Made by a program: the position numbers and the translations under genes. From Capsulimonadaceae bacterium (GTDB lineage: Bacteria; Armatimonadota; Armatimonadia; Armatimonadales; Capsulimonadaceae), in assembly GCA_965215505.1 (NCBI GenBank), contig OZ244065.1, forward strand, positions 3,360,001 through 3,424,000: a stretch of DNA of 64,000 nucleotides. The letters are read 5' to 3'. Below are positions 45,607 through 54,716 of this stretch, piece after piece. The notes beneath the pieces are model-generated. The model saw only the letters and a list, made by a program, of their open reading frames with translations, made no database searches and had not been told where the DNA came from. How positions within the stretch are numbered: position 1 is the stretch's first letter; each line of letters begins with the position of its first letter.

Positions 45607-47295
45607 ATGCCATCTCTACAGACATCCCTCGCCCGCCGACGCCCCCGCGCCGCAACAAGTCGGTGGCTGGCGGCGGCCTGCCTCGCCGCCCTGCCTATTC
45701 TGCCCGCTGCCGCCGCCGCGCCCCCGAGCCACCCGCTGCCGCGACTCGTCGAAAAGGCCGGCCGCCACGCCCTGCTCGTGGACGGTGCCCCGTACCTCAT
45801 GCTCGGCGCGCAGGTCAACAACTCCAGCGCCTGGCCCGGCGAGCTGCCCAAGGTCTGGCCCGCCATGAGGACGCTCCACGTCAACACCGTCGAGATCCCC
45901 GTCTACTGGGAACAGATGGAACCCGAGCCGGGACGCTTCGACTTCTCGCTCGTGGACACCCTGCTGGTCCAGGCCCGGCAGCACCACGTCCACCTCGTCC
46001 TGCTCTGGTTCGGCACCTGGAAGAACGGCAGCGCCCACTATCTGCCCGAGTGGATGAAGCGGCAGCCCGCCCTCTACCCCAACATCGTCAACGCCCAGGG
46101 CAAGCCGGTGGACTCGCCCTCCCCGCACGCCCCCGCCACCCTGGCCGCCGACATCAGGGCGTTCAGCGCCCTGATGGGGCACCTCAAAGGCGCGGACCCG
46201 CAGCGGACGGTCCTCATGGTCCAGGTGGAGAACGAGCCGGGGACCTGGGGCGGCGTCCGGGACTTTTCGCCGGCCGCCCAAAAGCTGTTTAACGCCCCCG
46301 TCCCCGCCGCGCTGCTGACAGCCCTGGGCAAGACGGCCGCGCCCGGCGCGGACTGGAGCGCGGTCTTCGGGGAGGACGCCGACGAGTACTTCCACGCCTG
46401 GTCCATCGCCCGCTACATCGGCCAGGTCGCGGCGGCGGGCAAGGCGGTCTACCCAATTCCGCTCTATGTGAACGCCGCCCTGCGCGACCCTCTGGCCGCG
46501 CCCCAGCACCCGCCGCAGTATGAGAGCGGGGGGGCGACCGACAACGTCCTGAGCATCTGGAAGGCCGCCGCCCCCGCCGTGGACTTGCTGGCCCCCGACA
46601 TCTACCAGAATGATGAGGCTCGCTACCGCAAGGTCCTGGACCTGTACGCCCGGCCCGACAACGCCCTGCTCGTCCCCGAGACCGGCAGCAGGGCCGAGAA
46701 CGCCCGGTACTTCTACGCCGCCCTGGGCCACCAGGCCATCGGCTTCGCGCCGTTCGGGCTGGACTTCACTAACTACAGCAGCAGCGCCACGGCCACGCTC
46801 GGCTCCGCCGCACTGTCCCCCGACGTCCTGGCCGCCTTCGCCCTGGACTACGAGGCGGTCGGCCCGATGGCGCGCGAGGTGGCCCGGCTGAACTTTGAAG
46901 GCAAGCTACAGGCCGTCGCCGAGCAGGCCGGCACGCCCACCCCGCCCCTGGAATTCGGCAACTGGGAGGCCACGGTCACTTACGGCGGCGGGCGTCGCGG
47001 CAGCCCCCCGCCCGCCGCCGACCCGGCCCTCCCTCCCCCGCCGCCGCTTGGCCGCGCCCTGATCGGGCAGCTCGGCCCGGACGAGTTCCTGGTGACGGGG
47101 GCATTCTGCCACGTCCGGTTTGCTCCCGCCGGGGCGAACGCGGGCAAGACCTGGCAGTACATCCGCGTCGAGGAGGGCCAGTACCGGAACGGCGTGTTCC
47201 ACCCGCTCCGCATCTGGAACGGCGACCAGACCGATTACGGGCTGAACTTCTCCTCCGCCCCCCAGGTGCTGCGCGTCTCGCTGTACACGCGGTAG
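45607..47295 (+). CDS. Secreted GH35-type beta-galactosidase (DUF5597 C-terminus)
   Basis: 'LGAQVNNSSAW', 'PVYWEQMEPEPGRFDFS', 'LWFGTWKNG', 'VQVENE', 'APDIY', 'VPE', 'RIWNGDQTD.GL'. Confidence 0.88.
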   Translation: MPSLQTSLARRRPRAATSRWLAAACLAALPILPAAAAAPPSHPLPRLVEKAGRHALLVDGAPYLMLGAQVNNSSAWPGELPKVWPAMRTLHVNTVEIPVYWEQMEPEPGRFDFSLVDTLLVQARQHHVHLVLLWFGTWKNGSAHYLPEWMKRQPALYPNIVNAQGKPVDSPSPHAPATLAADIRAFSALMGHLKGADPQRTVLMVQVENEPGTWGGVRDFSPAAQKLFNAPVPAALLTALGKTAAPGADWSAVFGEDADEYFHAWSIARYIGQVAAAGKAVYPIPLYVNAALRDPLAAPQHPPQYESGGATDNVLSIWKAAAPAVDLLAPDIYQNDEARYRKVLDLYARPDNALLVPETGSRAENARYFYAALGHQAIGFAPFGLDFTNYSSSATATLGSAALSPDVLAAFALDYEAVGPMAREVARLNFEGKLQAVAEQAGTPTPPLEFGNWEATVTYGGGRRGSPPPAADPALPPPPPLGRALIGQLGPDEFLVTGAFCHVRFAPAGANAGKTWQYIRVEEGQYRNGVFHPLRIWNGDQTDYGLNFSSAPQVLRVSLYTR

Positions 47296-47420
47296 GGGCG
47301 CCGCTTGCCGCGCCCTCCTGTCCTGCCGCGCCTTTACGAAAGAGGGCACAGATTCAGGAGGGCACAGATTCAGGAGGGCACAGATTCAGGAGAAGAGGGC
47401 GCGGCAAGCGGCGCCCCTAC
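47292..47420. repeat. GTAG-type REP inverted doublet with an internal 16-bp tandem repeat x3
   Basis: REP at 47292, reverse complement ending 47420; GAGGGCACAGATTCAG x3 at 47342-47389. Confidence 0.88.
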
Positions 47421-47446
47421 AATACGGTCCGAAGCAAATTGTCCGA

Positions 47447-47526
47447 AGCCCCGAAGGGGCGGCCCACCGGCGAAGCCGGGAATACCCCAATAAAACCTTA
47501 GACCGGCCCTTCAGGGCCGGGGATTC
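47447..47526. repeat. Solo arm of a TGAA-loop element with additional short hairpins
   Basis: Minus strand CCCCGGCCC-TGAA-GGGCCGG-TCTA; short hairpins GCCCCGAAGGGGC and CCGGCGAAGCCGG. Confidence 0.55.
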
Positions 47527-47839
47527 CTCCTCCGGGAACCTCGGACACCCACACACTTTGCGGGCCAGCACCCCTCCCCAGCCCATCCTTATGCCGCCCA
47601 GCCTGCCGATTACCGGCTCTGCGGCACCATTTTCGCTTTTCTTCGCCGAAACCGCGCAGGAAAGGCCGTTCATGCTGTAGAATAGAGTGACTCTATTGCG
47701 CCAGTGACTTGACGGAGAACGTAGCACGAGACAGTATCGTCTGTTATCAAGATTTATCATTCAGATTTATTTGTCTTAGAGAACGAAGACCCGTCCGCTC
47801 AACCTCAAAGCAGAATACAATTTTGGGGGTGAGGGAACG

Positions 47840-49381
47840 ATGACCATGACCGCCTGGGCGCTCCTCGCCGTCGCGGCCCTGCTCGGGGCCGCACTGGGGG
47901 GGACGCTGCTCTTTTACTTAAAGCCGCAGCGCGAAGTTCTGCGCGAGAAAGCCGCCGTCTTGGACGGCGAGCGGGAACGACTGAAGGCGTCGGACGAGAC
48001 GCGCCGCAAGGAACTGCTGATCGAGGCCCGCGAGGAGGCACTGCGCTTCCGGGGCGAGGTCGAACAGGAACACAAAGACAAGCGCAACGAACTGCAACGG
48101 GTCGAGCGAAAACTGGCACAAAAAGAGGAAGCGCTGGACGAGAAACTCTCCAGCCTGGACGATCAGCGCGAGGCCCTGGCCCTCCAGGAGCGCGCCGCCC
48201 AAAAGCACTTGCAGGAGGCCTGGGACACCAAAGAAGAACAGAAAGCGGAACTCCGGCGCGTCGCCGGCCTGAGCGCGGACGACGCCCGCGCCCTGGTGAT
48301 GAAGGACGCCGAGGACCAGGCCCGCCATGACGTCGCCCGGCTCGTCATGCAGATCGAGGCCGAGGCGCGCGCCGAGGGCGAGAAGCGCGCCCGCGCCATC
48401 GTCACGACCGCCATCCAGCGCATCGCCGCCGACCACGTCTCCGAGACGACCGTGTCGGTCGTCCCGCTGCCGTCCGACGACGTCAAGGGCCGCATCATCG
48501 GCCGCGAGGGCCGCAACATCCGCGCCTTCGAGACCCTGACCGGCGTGGACGTCATCATTGACGATACGCCCGAGGCCGTCGTCCTGTCCTCGTTCGACCC
48601 CGTGCGGCGCGAGGTGGCGCGGCTCGCCCTGACCGCGCTCATCATGGACGGCCGCATCCATCCGGGCCGGATCGAGGAGATCGTCGCCAAGGCCCAGGAC
48701 GAGGTCGAGCAGTCGCTCAGGCTGGCCGGCGAGCGGGCCGTCATGGAGTCCGGCGTCACCGGCCTGCACCCGGAGATCGTCAAGCTGCTGGGCCGGATGC
48801 GCTACCGGACCTCCTACGGCCAGAACCTCCTGGACCACTCCATCGAGGTCTGCCACATCGGGTCGAGCATCGCCGCCGAACTCGGCGCGAACGTCACCGT
48901 CGCCAAGCGCGCCTCGCTGCTGCACGACCTGGGCAAAGTGGTCCCGGACTCCGACATGCCGCACGCCCTGCTCTCGCAGGAGCTGATGCTGCGCTGGGGG
49001 GAGAGTCCCGCCGCCGCCCACGCCGCCGGGTCCCATCACGAGGAGATCCCGATGGAGACGGTCGAGGACGTCATCGTCCAGCTCGCCGACGCCATCTCGG
49101 CGGCCCGGCCCGGCGCGCGCCGCGAGATGCTGGAAAGCTACATCAAGCGCCTCCAGAAGCTCGAAGCCCTGGCCGACTCGTTCCCCGGCGTCGAGAAGAC
49201 CTACGCCGTCCAGGCCGGCCGCGAGATCCGCCTGATGGTGCGCCCCGAGGTCGTGGACGACGCCGCCGCCCACAAGCTGGCGCACGACGCCGCAAAAAAG
49301 ATCGAAGAGGAGATGGACTATCCGGGTCAGATCAAGGTGACGGTCATCCGCGAGACGCGCGCGATAAATTACGCGAAATAG
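47840..49381 (+). CDS. rny: Ribonuclease Y
   Basis: N-terminal TM, coiled coil, KH 'KGRIIGREGRNIRAFE', HD domain 'RTSYGQN.L.HS.EV...LLHDLGK', 'ADAISAARPGAR'. Confidence 0.97.
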   Translation: MTMTAWALLAVAALLGAALGGTLLFYLKPQREVLREKAAVLDGERERLKASDETRRKELLIEAREEALRFRGEVEQEHKDKRNELQRVERKLAQKEEALDEKLSSLDDQREALALQERAAQKHLQEAWDTKEEQKAELRRVAGLSADDARALVMKDAEDQARHDVARLVMQIEAEARAEGEKRARAIVTTAIQRIAADHVSETTVSVVPLPSDDVKGRIIGREGRNIRAFETLTGVDVIIDDTPEAVVLSSFDPVRREVARLALTALIMDGRIHPGRIEEIVAKAQDEVEQSLRLAGERAVMESGVTGLHPEIVKLLGRMRYRTSYGQNLLDHSIEVCHIGSSIAAELGANVTVAKRASLLHDLGKVVPDSDMPHALLSQELMLRWGESPAAAHAAGSHHEEIPMETVEDVIVQLADAISAARPGARREMLESYIKRLQKLEALADSFPGVEKTYAVQAGREIRLMVRPEVVDDAAAHKLAHDAAKKIEEEMDYPGQIKVTVIRETRAINYAK

Positions 49382-49402
49382 ACGTATAAGCTAGGACGAG
49401 CT

Positions 49403-49430
49403 AGGATGAGTGATTGAAATCACTCGTCCT
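49403..49430. repeat. Solo hairpin A, family A
   Basis: AGGATGAGTGATTGAAATCACTCGTCCT just after the rny stop. Confidence 0.8.
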
Positions 49431-49591
49431 GACCCGCCCTCGGTCGTCTTTGCCGGCCGCGACCGGCACGTCCGTGGGCGACCGGCGCATCCCGTCGGCG
49501 GGCAAGGAACGGCAGTAATCAACAGGGGGTGGGGGCCTCCCCTCTCAGCCGATACGAATCAGACGGCACTAGAAATGAGCGGCTAAACACC

Positions 49592-50380
49592 GTGCGAATA
49601 CTGATGCTCGGCGACCTCGTCGGGAAAAGCGGCCGGGACGCCGTCCACACGATGCTGCCGACGCTGCACGACCTGTACTCGCCGCACTTCATCATCGTCA
49701 ACGGTGAGAACGCGGCGGCGGGCCACGGGATCACCCCCGACATCGCCCGCCGCCTGCTGGAAGCGGGCGTGGACGTCATCACGCTGGGCAACCACACCTG
49801 GAGCAAGCGTGAGGTCGTGGACTACCTGGACCGGGAGCCGCGCCTGCTGCGCCCCGCCAACTACCCGGCGGGGACGCCCGGCAAGGGCTACGGCGTCTTC
49901 GCCTGCCGGGGCAGCATGAGCCGGGTGGGCGTCGTGAACCTCATGGGCCGCGCCTTCATGGACCCGCTCGACGACCCGTTCCGGTCCGCCGACACCATCC
50001 TGGAATCGTTCCGGGGCCAGACGCCGATCTCGTTCTTCGACTTCCACGCCGAGGCGACGTCCGAGAAGAACGCCATGGGCGTCTACCTCGACGGCCGGGC
50101 CAGCGTCGTGGTCGGCACGCACACCCATGTGCAGACCGCCGACGAGCGCCTGCTGCCGCGCGGCACCGCTTACATCACGGACGTCGGCATGGTCGGGCCG
50201 CAGGTCTCGATCCTTGGGATGAACTCGCACGAGAGCGTCCAGAAGTTCCTGACGCAGCTCCCGCACCGCTTCGAGGTGGCCCCCGGCCCCGTCATGCTGT
50301 GCGGCATCGTCGCCGACGTGGACGCGAAGACCGGACGCGCCACCCACATCGAGCGCGTCCAGATCCGGGACATCCATTAG
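49592..50380 (+). CDS. ymdB: YmdB-like (TIGR00282) metallophosphoesterase
   Basis: 'GDLVGKSGR', 'NGENAAAG.GI', 'TLGNH', 'DFHAEATSEK', 'GTHTHVQTAD'; conserved rny-ymdB order; GTG start 49592. Confidence 0.93.
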   Translation: MRILMLGDLVGKSGRDAVHTMLPTLHDLYSPHFIIVNGENAAAGHGITPDIARRLLEAGVDVITLGNHTWSKREVVDYLDREPRLLRPANYPAGTPGKGYGVFACRGSMSRVGVVNLMGRAFMDPLDDPFRSADTILESFRGQTPISFFDFHAEATSEKNAMGVYLDGRASVVVGTHTHVQTADERLLPRGTAYITDVGMVGPQVSILGMNSHESVQKFLTQLPHRFEVAPGPVMLCGIVADVDAKTGRATHIERVQIRDIH

Positions 50381-50506
50381 GCCCGGGACATCCATTAGGC
50401 CCGCGACATCCATTAGGCCCGCGACATCCATTAGGCCCGCGACATCCATTAGGCCCGCGACATCCATTAGGCCCGCGACATCCATTAGGTCCGGGACACT
50501 CATTGA
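50365..50506. repeat. 18-bp tandem repeat x7 plus one degenerate unit, spanning the ymdB stop codon
   Basis: CCG(G/C)GACATCCATTAGGC units from 50365 to 50490, then CCGGGACACTCATTGA. Confidence 0.95.
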
Positions 50507-50529
50507 CACAAGACCCAAGGGGTAACACG

Positions 50530-51816
50530 ATGACAAAAACAGTATCCACTCTGCTCCTCCTGGCGCTGGCCGGGACGGCGGCCCATGCGGCCCCGGCCGT
50601 CCTGGTGGCGACCGCGACCGCGCCCCCCGAGATCACGCTGTATGACGGCAAGGCCGCCGGCCCCGCCACGCCCAGCGTCTCCGACTGGGGCGGCGGCACC
50701 GGCGTGGACAGCACCGAGACCTACCTGTTCGGCGGCCACTCCCTGAAAGTGACCATGCTGGACATGTACCAGGGCGCGCGGATCACCTTCCCCGCCCCCG
50801 TCCCGCTGGCCGGCGACGCCCGCGTCTTCCAGATCACCCTGCGGCGCGGCGGGGCCACCCTGCACTATGATCCCCGGACGACCAGCCCCCTGCCGCCCGG
50901 CGACACCCCGGCCGACCCCACAGGCGGCTTTGGCGGCCGAGGCGGCGGCTTCGGCGGCCGAGGCGGCGGCGGGGGCGGCGGCTTCGGCGGCGGCGGCGGC
51001 GGCGGCGGCTTTGGCGGAGGCGGCGGCTTTGGCGGAGGCGGCTTCGGCGGCGGACGCGCGACGCGCGGCGGCGGACGCCGGGGCGGGCGGCAGGGCCGGG
51101 GCGGGGGCGGGCAGGATGCCCCGCTGATCCCGCCGATCACCGCGCTGCGGCTGCACTTCACTTTCGCCGACGGACGCCAGGCGGACATCCTGCGGCCCGT
51201 CCCCACCGAGTCCGACTCGGTGGCCGGACAGGGCTGGTACAGCATCAACATCCCCGTGACCGCCCTCAAGCTCGGGCCGGGCACGGCCCCGGCCCTGAAG
51301 AGCGTCACGCTCGGCAGCGACCACTACGGCGTCTTCTTCGTCGGGCGCATCAAGGTAGGCACCGACACCGCCGCCGGGGCGGTCACCATCACCGGCCTGG
51401 ACTCGGTCCTCCCCGGCCAGGCCGTCACCCTGACCGCGTCGGGCGGCAGCCCGTTCAGCGCCAACAAGTATGAGTGGGACCTGGACGAAGGCGGCGCCTC
51501 CGACCAGACCGGCGAAACCGTCACCGCCCGCTACTATGAGGGCGGCCAGGACCACACCGTCACCGTCACCGTCACCGACCTGGACGGCGTCCGGGCGCCC
51601 GTGACCGTCACCAAGGTCATCCACGTCAAAGAAGGCGCCGTACCCGGCTTCCCCGGTCCTGGCGGGCCAGGCGGATTCCCCGGCGGGCCGGGCGGCCCCG
51701 GCGGCTTCCCTGGTGGATTCCCCGGCGGCGGGCCGGGCGGATTCCCCGGCGGGCCTGGTGGGCGACAGCCCGCCCCGCCCCCGCCTGGAGTGCCCGGCGG
51801 GACGACCGCCGAGTAA
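50530..51816 (+). CDS. Secreted protein with Gly-rich tracts and a PKD-like domain
   Basis: ATG 50530, signal peptide; GGFGG tract; 'GQAVTLTAS...YEWDLD...G.TVTARY...HTVTVTVTD' PKD-like; GGPGGFP tail. Confidence 0.7.
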   Translation: MTKTVSTLLLLALAGTAAHAAPAVLVATATAPPEITLYDGKAAGPATPSVSDWGGGTGVDSTETYLFGGHSLKVTMLDMYQGARITFPAPVPLAGDARVFQITLRRGGATLHYDPRTTSPLPPGDTPADPTGGFGGRGGGFGGRGGGGGGGFGGGGGGGGFGGGGGFGGGGFGGGRATRGGGRRGGRQGRGGGGQDAPLIPPITALRLHFTFADGRQADILRPVPTESDSVAGQGWYSINIPVTALKLGPGTAPALKSVTLGSDHYGVFFVGRIKVGTDTAAGAVTITGLDSVLPGQAVTLTASGGSPFSANKYEWDLDEGGASDQTGETVTARYYEGGQDHTVTVTVTDLDGVRAPVTVTKVIHVKEGAVPGFPGPGGPGGFPGGPGGPGGFPGGFPGGGPGGFPGGPGGRQPAPPPPGVPGGTTAE

Positions 51817-51834
51817 GCTGGAGAAAGAGTAAAT

Positions 51835-52809
51835 ATGGCAATCTCGGCATTGCCGCCCGCGAGTGAGGCCCCCGCCGGCGCACCAGGGCCGCGCCGGCGG
51901 GGGCCGGTCCTGGCGCTCCTCGTCTCGTTGCGCCCCAAGCAGTGGACCAAGAACGTGCTGCTGTTCGCGGGCCTGCTGTTCACCCTGGACCAGCACCACA
52001 GCGCCCGGCAGTTCCAGCACGCCGCGCTGGGCTTCGTGTTCTTCGCGCTGCTGTCCAGCGTCGTCTACCTGGTCAACGACCTGGCCGACCGCGAGGGCGA
52101 CCGCCGGCACCCCAAGAAGTGCCGGCGGCCCATCGCGGCGGGCGAGCTGTCCCCAGCCCTAGCTCTAACCGCCGCCGCCGTGCTGGCGGTCGTCGGGCTT
52201 GCCGGCGCGTTCGCCCTCGGGCCGCGCTTCGGCGCGGTCGCGCTGGCTTACCTCCTGCTCACCTTCGCCTACTCGTTCCGGCTCAAGCACGTCGTCCTGG
52301 TGGATGTCCTCGTGCTGGCGGCCGGCTTCGTGTTCCGGGCCGTCGCGGGCGCGTTCGCCGTCGGCGTCAGCATCTCCAGTTGGCTGGTCCTGTGTACGCT
52401 CCTGCTGGCCCTGTTCCTCGGCCTGTCCAAGCGCCGGGCGGAGCTGCTCTCGGTCCGGCAGTCCGGCACGACCGGGACGCGGCGCATCCTGGAGGAGTAT
52501 TCGCCCGCCCTGCTGGACCAGATGATCGGCATCGTCACGTCGGCCTGCCTGATGTCGTATGCCCTGTACACCATCACTTCGCCCGCCGCCCAGGCCCATC
52601 ATTACCTGATGGCGACCATCCCGTTCGTCATCTATGGCATCTTCCGCTACCTCTACCTGATGCACCGGCACTCCCTGGGCGAGTCGCCCGACGCCGTGCT
52701 GCTGGAAGACCGGCCCATGCTGATCAACATCCTCCTGTGGGGGCTGACCACCGCCCTGATCGTCACCAATGTCGCCGGGAAACTGGTCGCCCTGCTGGAA
52801 CGCTTATGA
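51835..52809 (+). CDS. UbiA family prenyltransferase (decaprenyl-phosphate phosphoribosyltransferase-like)
   Basis: 'LRPKQWTKN', 'YLVNDLADREGDRRHPKKCRRPIAAG', 'LFLGLSKRRAEL', 'YGIFRYLYL'. Confidence 0.92.
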   Translation: MAISALPPASEAPAGAPGPRRRGPVLALLVSLRPKQWTKNVLLFAGLLFTLDQHHSARQFQHAALGFVFFALLSSVVYLVNDLADREGDRRHPKKCRRPIAAGELSPALALTAAAVLAVVGLAGAFALGPRFGAVALAYLLLTFAYSFRLKHVVLVDVLVLAAGFVFRAVAGAFAVGVSISSWLVLCTLLLALFLGLSKRRAELLSVRQSGTTGTRRILEEYSPALLDQMIGIVTSACLMSYALYTITSPAAQAHHYLMATIPFVIYGIFRYLYLMHRHSLGESPDAVLLEDRPMLINILLWGLTTALIVTNVAGKLVALLERL

Positions 52810-52840
52810 GGCCGGACACGGGCCGCCGGAAGGAACGCCG

Positions 52841-53455
52841 ATGACGGAAAGAACGGCCGACGGATCGAAAGAAAACGGGCCGGAAAGCCTGGAACGACTG
52901 CAATGGGAGGACGAGGCGCGGACCAGCCGGACCGCCCTCCTCGTCCTGCTCGCCGTGGCCCTGCTGTCGCTCGCCGTGGTCGCCGCCGTCACCCTGGGCC
53001 GGCCCGGTCCCACCCCGACCGCCGCCGCCATGCCCTCGGACGTGCCCGCGCCCGCCACCTATTCCGCCCCTTCCTATGCCCCCGCCGAACGGCAATCCGC
53101 GCCGACATATTCGCCCGCCCCCACCCAGGCCGCGCCCGTAGCCACCCCGCCGCCGGAGACTCAGGCCCCGGCGGAGAACTCGGCCCCGGTCGTCGTCCCA
53201 CCCACGCAGGCCGCCCCGCTCGTCCCGCACGCGCCCGTCGCCCCGTCCGACGCCGCCCAGGCCCCTGCCGCCCAGGCCCCCGCCGGGGACAATGCCGCCG
53301 GCAGTCCCGCCCCCGGCGACACCTCCGCCGGCACACCTGCCCCGGCTCCCGGCAGTCCCGACGCGGCGGTCCGGGACAGCGGCGGGGCCGAAACGCCCAC
53401 CCCCCTCGTCCCGCGCGCCCCGGCCGCACCGCCCGCCGCGCCGGCCAGCCCATGA
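52841..53455 (+). CDS. Hypothetical single-pass Pro/Ala-rich membrane protein
   Basis: ATG 52841 with AAGGA site; one TM helix then a low-complexity tail. Confidence 0.65.
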   Translation: MTERTADGSKENGPESLERLQWEDEARTSRTALLVLLAVALLSLAVVAAVTLGRPGPTPTAAAMPSDVPAPATYSAPSYAPAERQSAPTYSPAPTQAAPVATPPPETQAPAENSAPVVVPPTQAAPLVPHAPVAPSDAAQAPAAQAPAGDNAAGSPAPGDTSAGTPAPAPGSPDAAVRDSGGAETPTPLVPRAPAAPPAAPASP

Positions 53456-53481
53456 TCTCAGGCCGGATCTCAGGCCGAGTT

Positions 53482-54279
53482 TCAGGCCAGCCGGGCCACT
53501 TCCGCTTCCCACGTCCCCGCGACTCGCACCCCGTATTCCCGGAGGCCCCCGGTCGCCTCCGGGCCGGAAAGGTACGGGTGCGTCCCGCCCTCCATCCCGT
53601 GCGCCGCATCGGCCGCTGACTCGGTGAGGAAGTGGAGGGCCATCCCCGCGCGCTCCCGGTCGGTTTCATTTGCCCCCGTCGCGTGGGCGACCCCGTAGGC
53701 GAAGAACAGCGCGCCGCCTGCGGGAAGCTCCACCAGGACCGCCTCCTCCTCGGGCGGGTAGCAGCGGATGTGGTGGTCGCTGTCCCCGTCGCGCGCGTGC
53801 TCATAGGGCGTGCGGAAGGAGCCGGGGATGACCCGCATCGTGCCGTTCGCCGCCGTCGCCTCGTGGACCGCCGTCCAGAGCGCGACGCCCTGCATGGGGT
53901 CGGGGATCTGGAAGTAGGCGTTGTCCTGATGCCAGTTCGTCCCCGCGCCGTGCCGGGCGGGCTTCAGGAAGATCTGGTCCAGGCGCAGCAGGACGGGGTC
54001 GCCGATGAGCCGGCCGACCGCCTCGACCACCTTGGGCGCGAACGGCATGGCCCGGAAGAACTCGCTCTTCGGAGAGACCGGGCAGATCTGGAGGTTCGCC
54101 CTCGACCGCGCCTGCGTCCTCCCGTCCCCCTCCGTCGCGACGTTCCGCAGCAGGCCCTCCCGCTTCAGCCGCTCCGTCTCCGCCTGCATCGCCGCCGCCT
54201 CGCGCGCCGTCCAGAAGTCCGGCACGGCGACGTACCCCTGTTCCTGGAAGTGCGCGACCTGTGCCCCGGTAAAGACCAT
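53482..54279 (-). CDS. Phytanoyl-CoA dioxygenase (PhyH) family dioxygenase
   Basis: 'QIFLKP..HG.GT.WHQDNAYF', 'NGTMRVIPGS', 'H.TGAN.TD..R'; ATG 54279. Confidence 0.9.
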   Translation of the reverse strand: MVFTGAQVAHFQEQGYVAVPDFWTAREAAAMQAETERLKREGLLRNVATEGDGRTQARSRANLQICPVSPKSEFFRAMPFAPKVVEAVGRLIGDPVLLRLDQIFLKPARHGAGTNWHQDNAYFQIPDPMQGVALWTAVHEATAANGTMRVIPGSFRTPYEHARDGDSDHHIRCYPPEEEAVLVELPAGGALFFAYGVAHATGANETDRERAGMALHFLTESAADAAHGMEGGTHPYLSGPEATGGLREYGVRVAGTWEAEVARLA

Positions 54280-54423
54280 CTGCGTGTTCCCCCTTCGCTG
54301 CCAAGGACATACCAAACTCCCCCAAGTATACGCCGGACTCGCGCGGGCGTCAACCGCGCGCCGACGCGCGATGCCTCAAAACAAGGTACAATGACTCCCA
54401 AACGACCGCCGAGGAGCGAACCC

Positions 54424-54696
54424 ATGGCCCTGCTGCTGAACCTGTCGCCGGAGGCGGAAGCCCGCCTGAACGAGATGGCCACCCTGCACGGGCAGGAGCC
54501 GGAAGAATACGCCACGCGCATGATAGATAAAATGTCACTCGCCGACAAGAATGAGTTCGACGCCGCCGTGGCGGGCATACGGCGCGGAATGGCGGACGCC
54601 GCCGGGCGAGAGATCAGCATGGAAGATTACCGTGCCCAGCTTGCATCGGAGTACCACTGGGAAGACGCCGCACGCTCTTCACCGGCAGCCGCGTGA
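54424..54696 (+). CDS. Small antitoxin-like protein (ribbon-helix-helix-like)
   Basis: 'MALLLNLSPEAEARL...A...G..PEEYA' and 'AVAGIRRGMAD.AGR.IS.ED' resemble type II antitoxins; GAGGAG site. Confidence 0.6.
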   Translation: MALLLNLSPEAEARLNEMATLHGQEPEEYATRMIDKMSLADKNEFDAAVAGIRRGMADAAGREISMEDYRAQLASEYHWEDAARSSPAAA

Positions 54697-54716
54697 GACG
54701 CGCAGGAACACAGGAG

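Noticed and set aside
47386-47760. IS605/TnpB remnant suggested by 'EESPALKG' and GAATCCCCGGCCCTGAAGGGCCGG
   Set aside because: No RuvC or zinc-finger motifs in the ORF and no typical right-end continuation; better explained as a solo TGAA-loop arm like the one at 14345.
47640-47839. AT-rich stretch upstream of rny as 6S RNA or foreign DNA
   Set aside because: No convincing long irregular hairpin seen; most simply a promoter and leader region.
49430-49591. Possible riboswitch or sRNA between rny and ymdB
   Set aside because: GC-rich pairing is possible but I could not match any known RNA family by eye; an Rfam scan would be needed.
50365-50506. Possible CRISPR array (18-bp repeats)
   Set aside because: No spacers, unit too short, and derived from the ymdB 3' end.
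50926-51110. GGC-rich tract as a non-coding microsatellite
   Set aside because: It is in frame within a signal-peptide-bearing CDS and encodes a Gly-rich linker.
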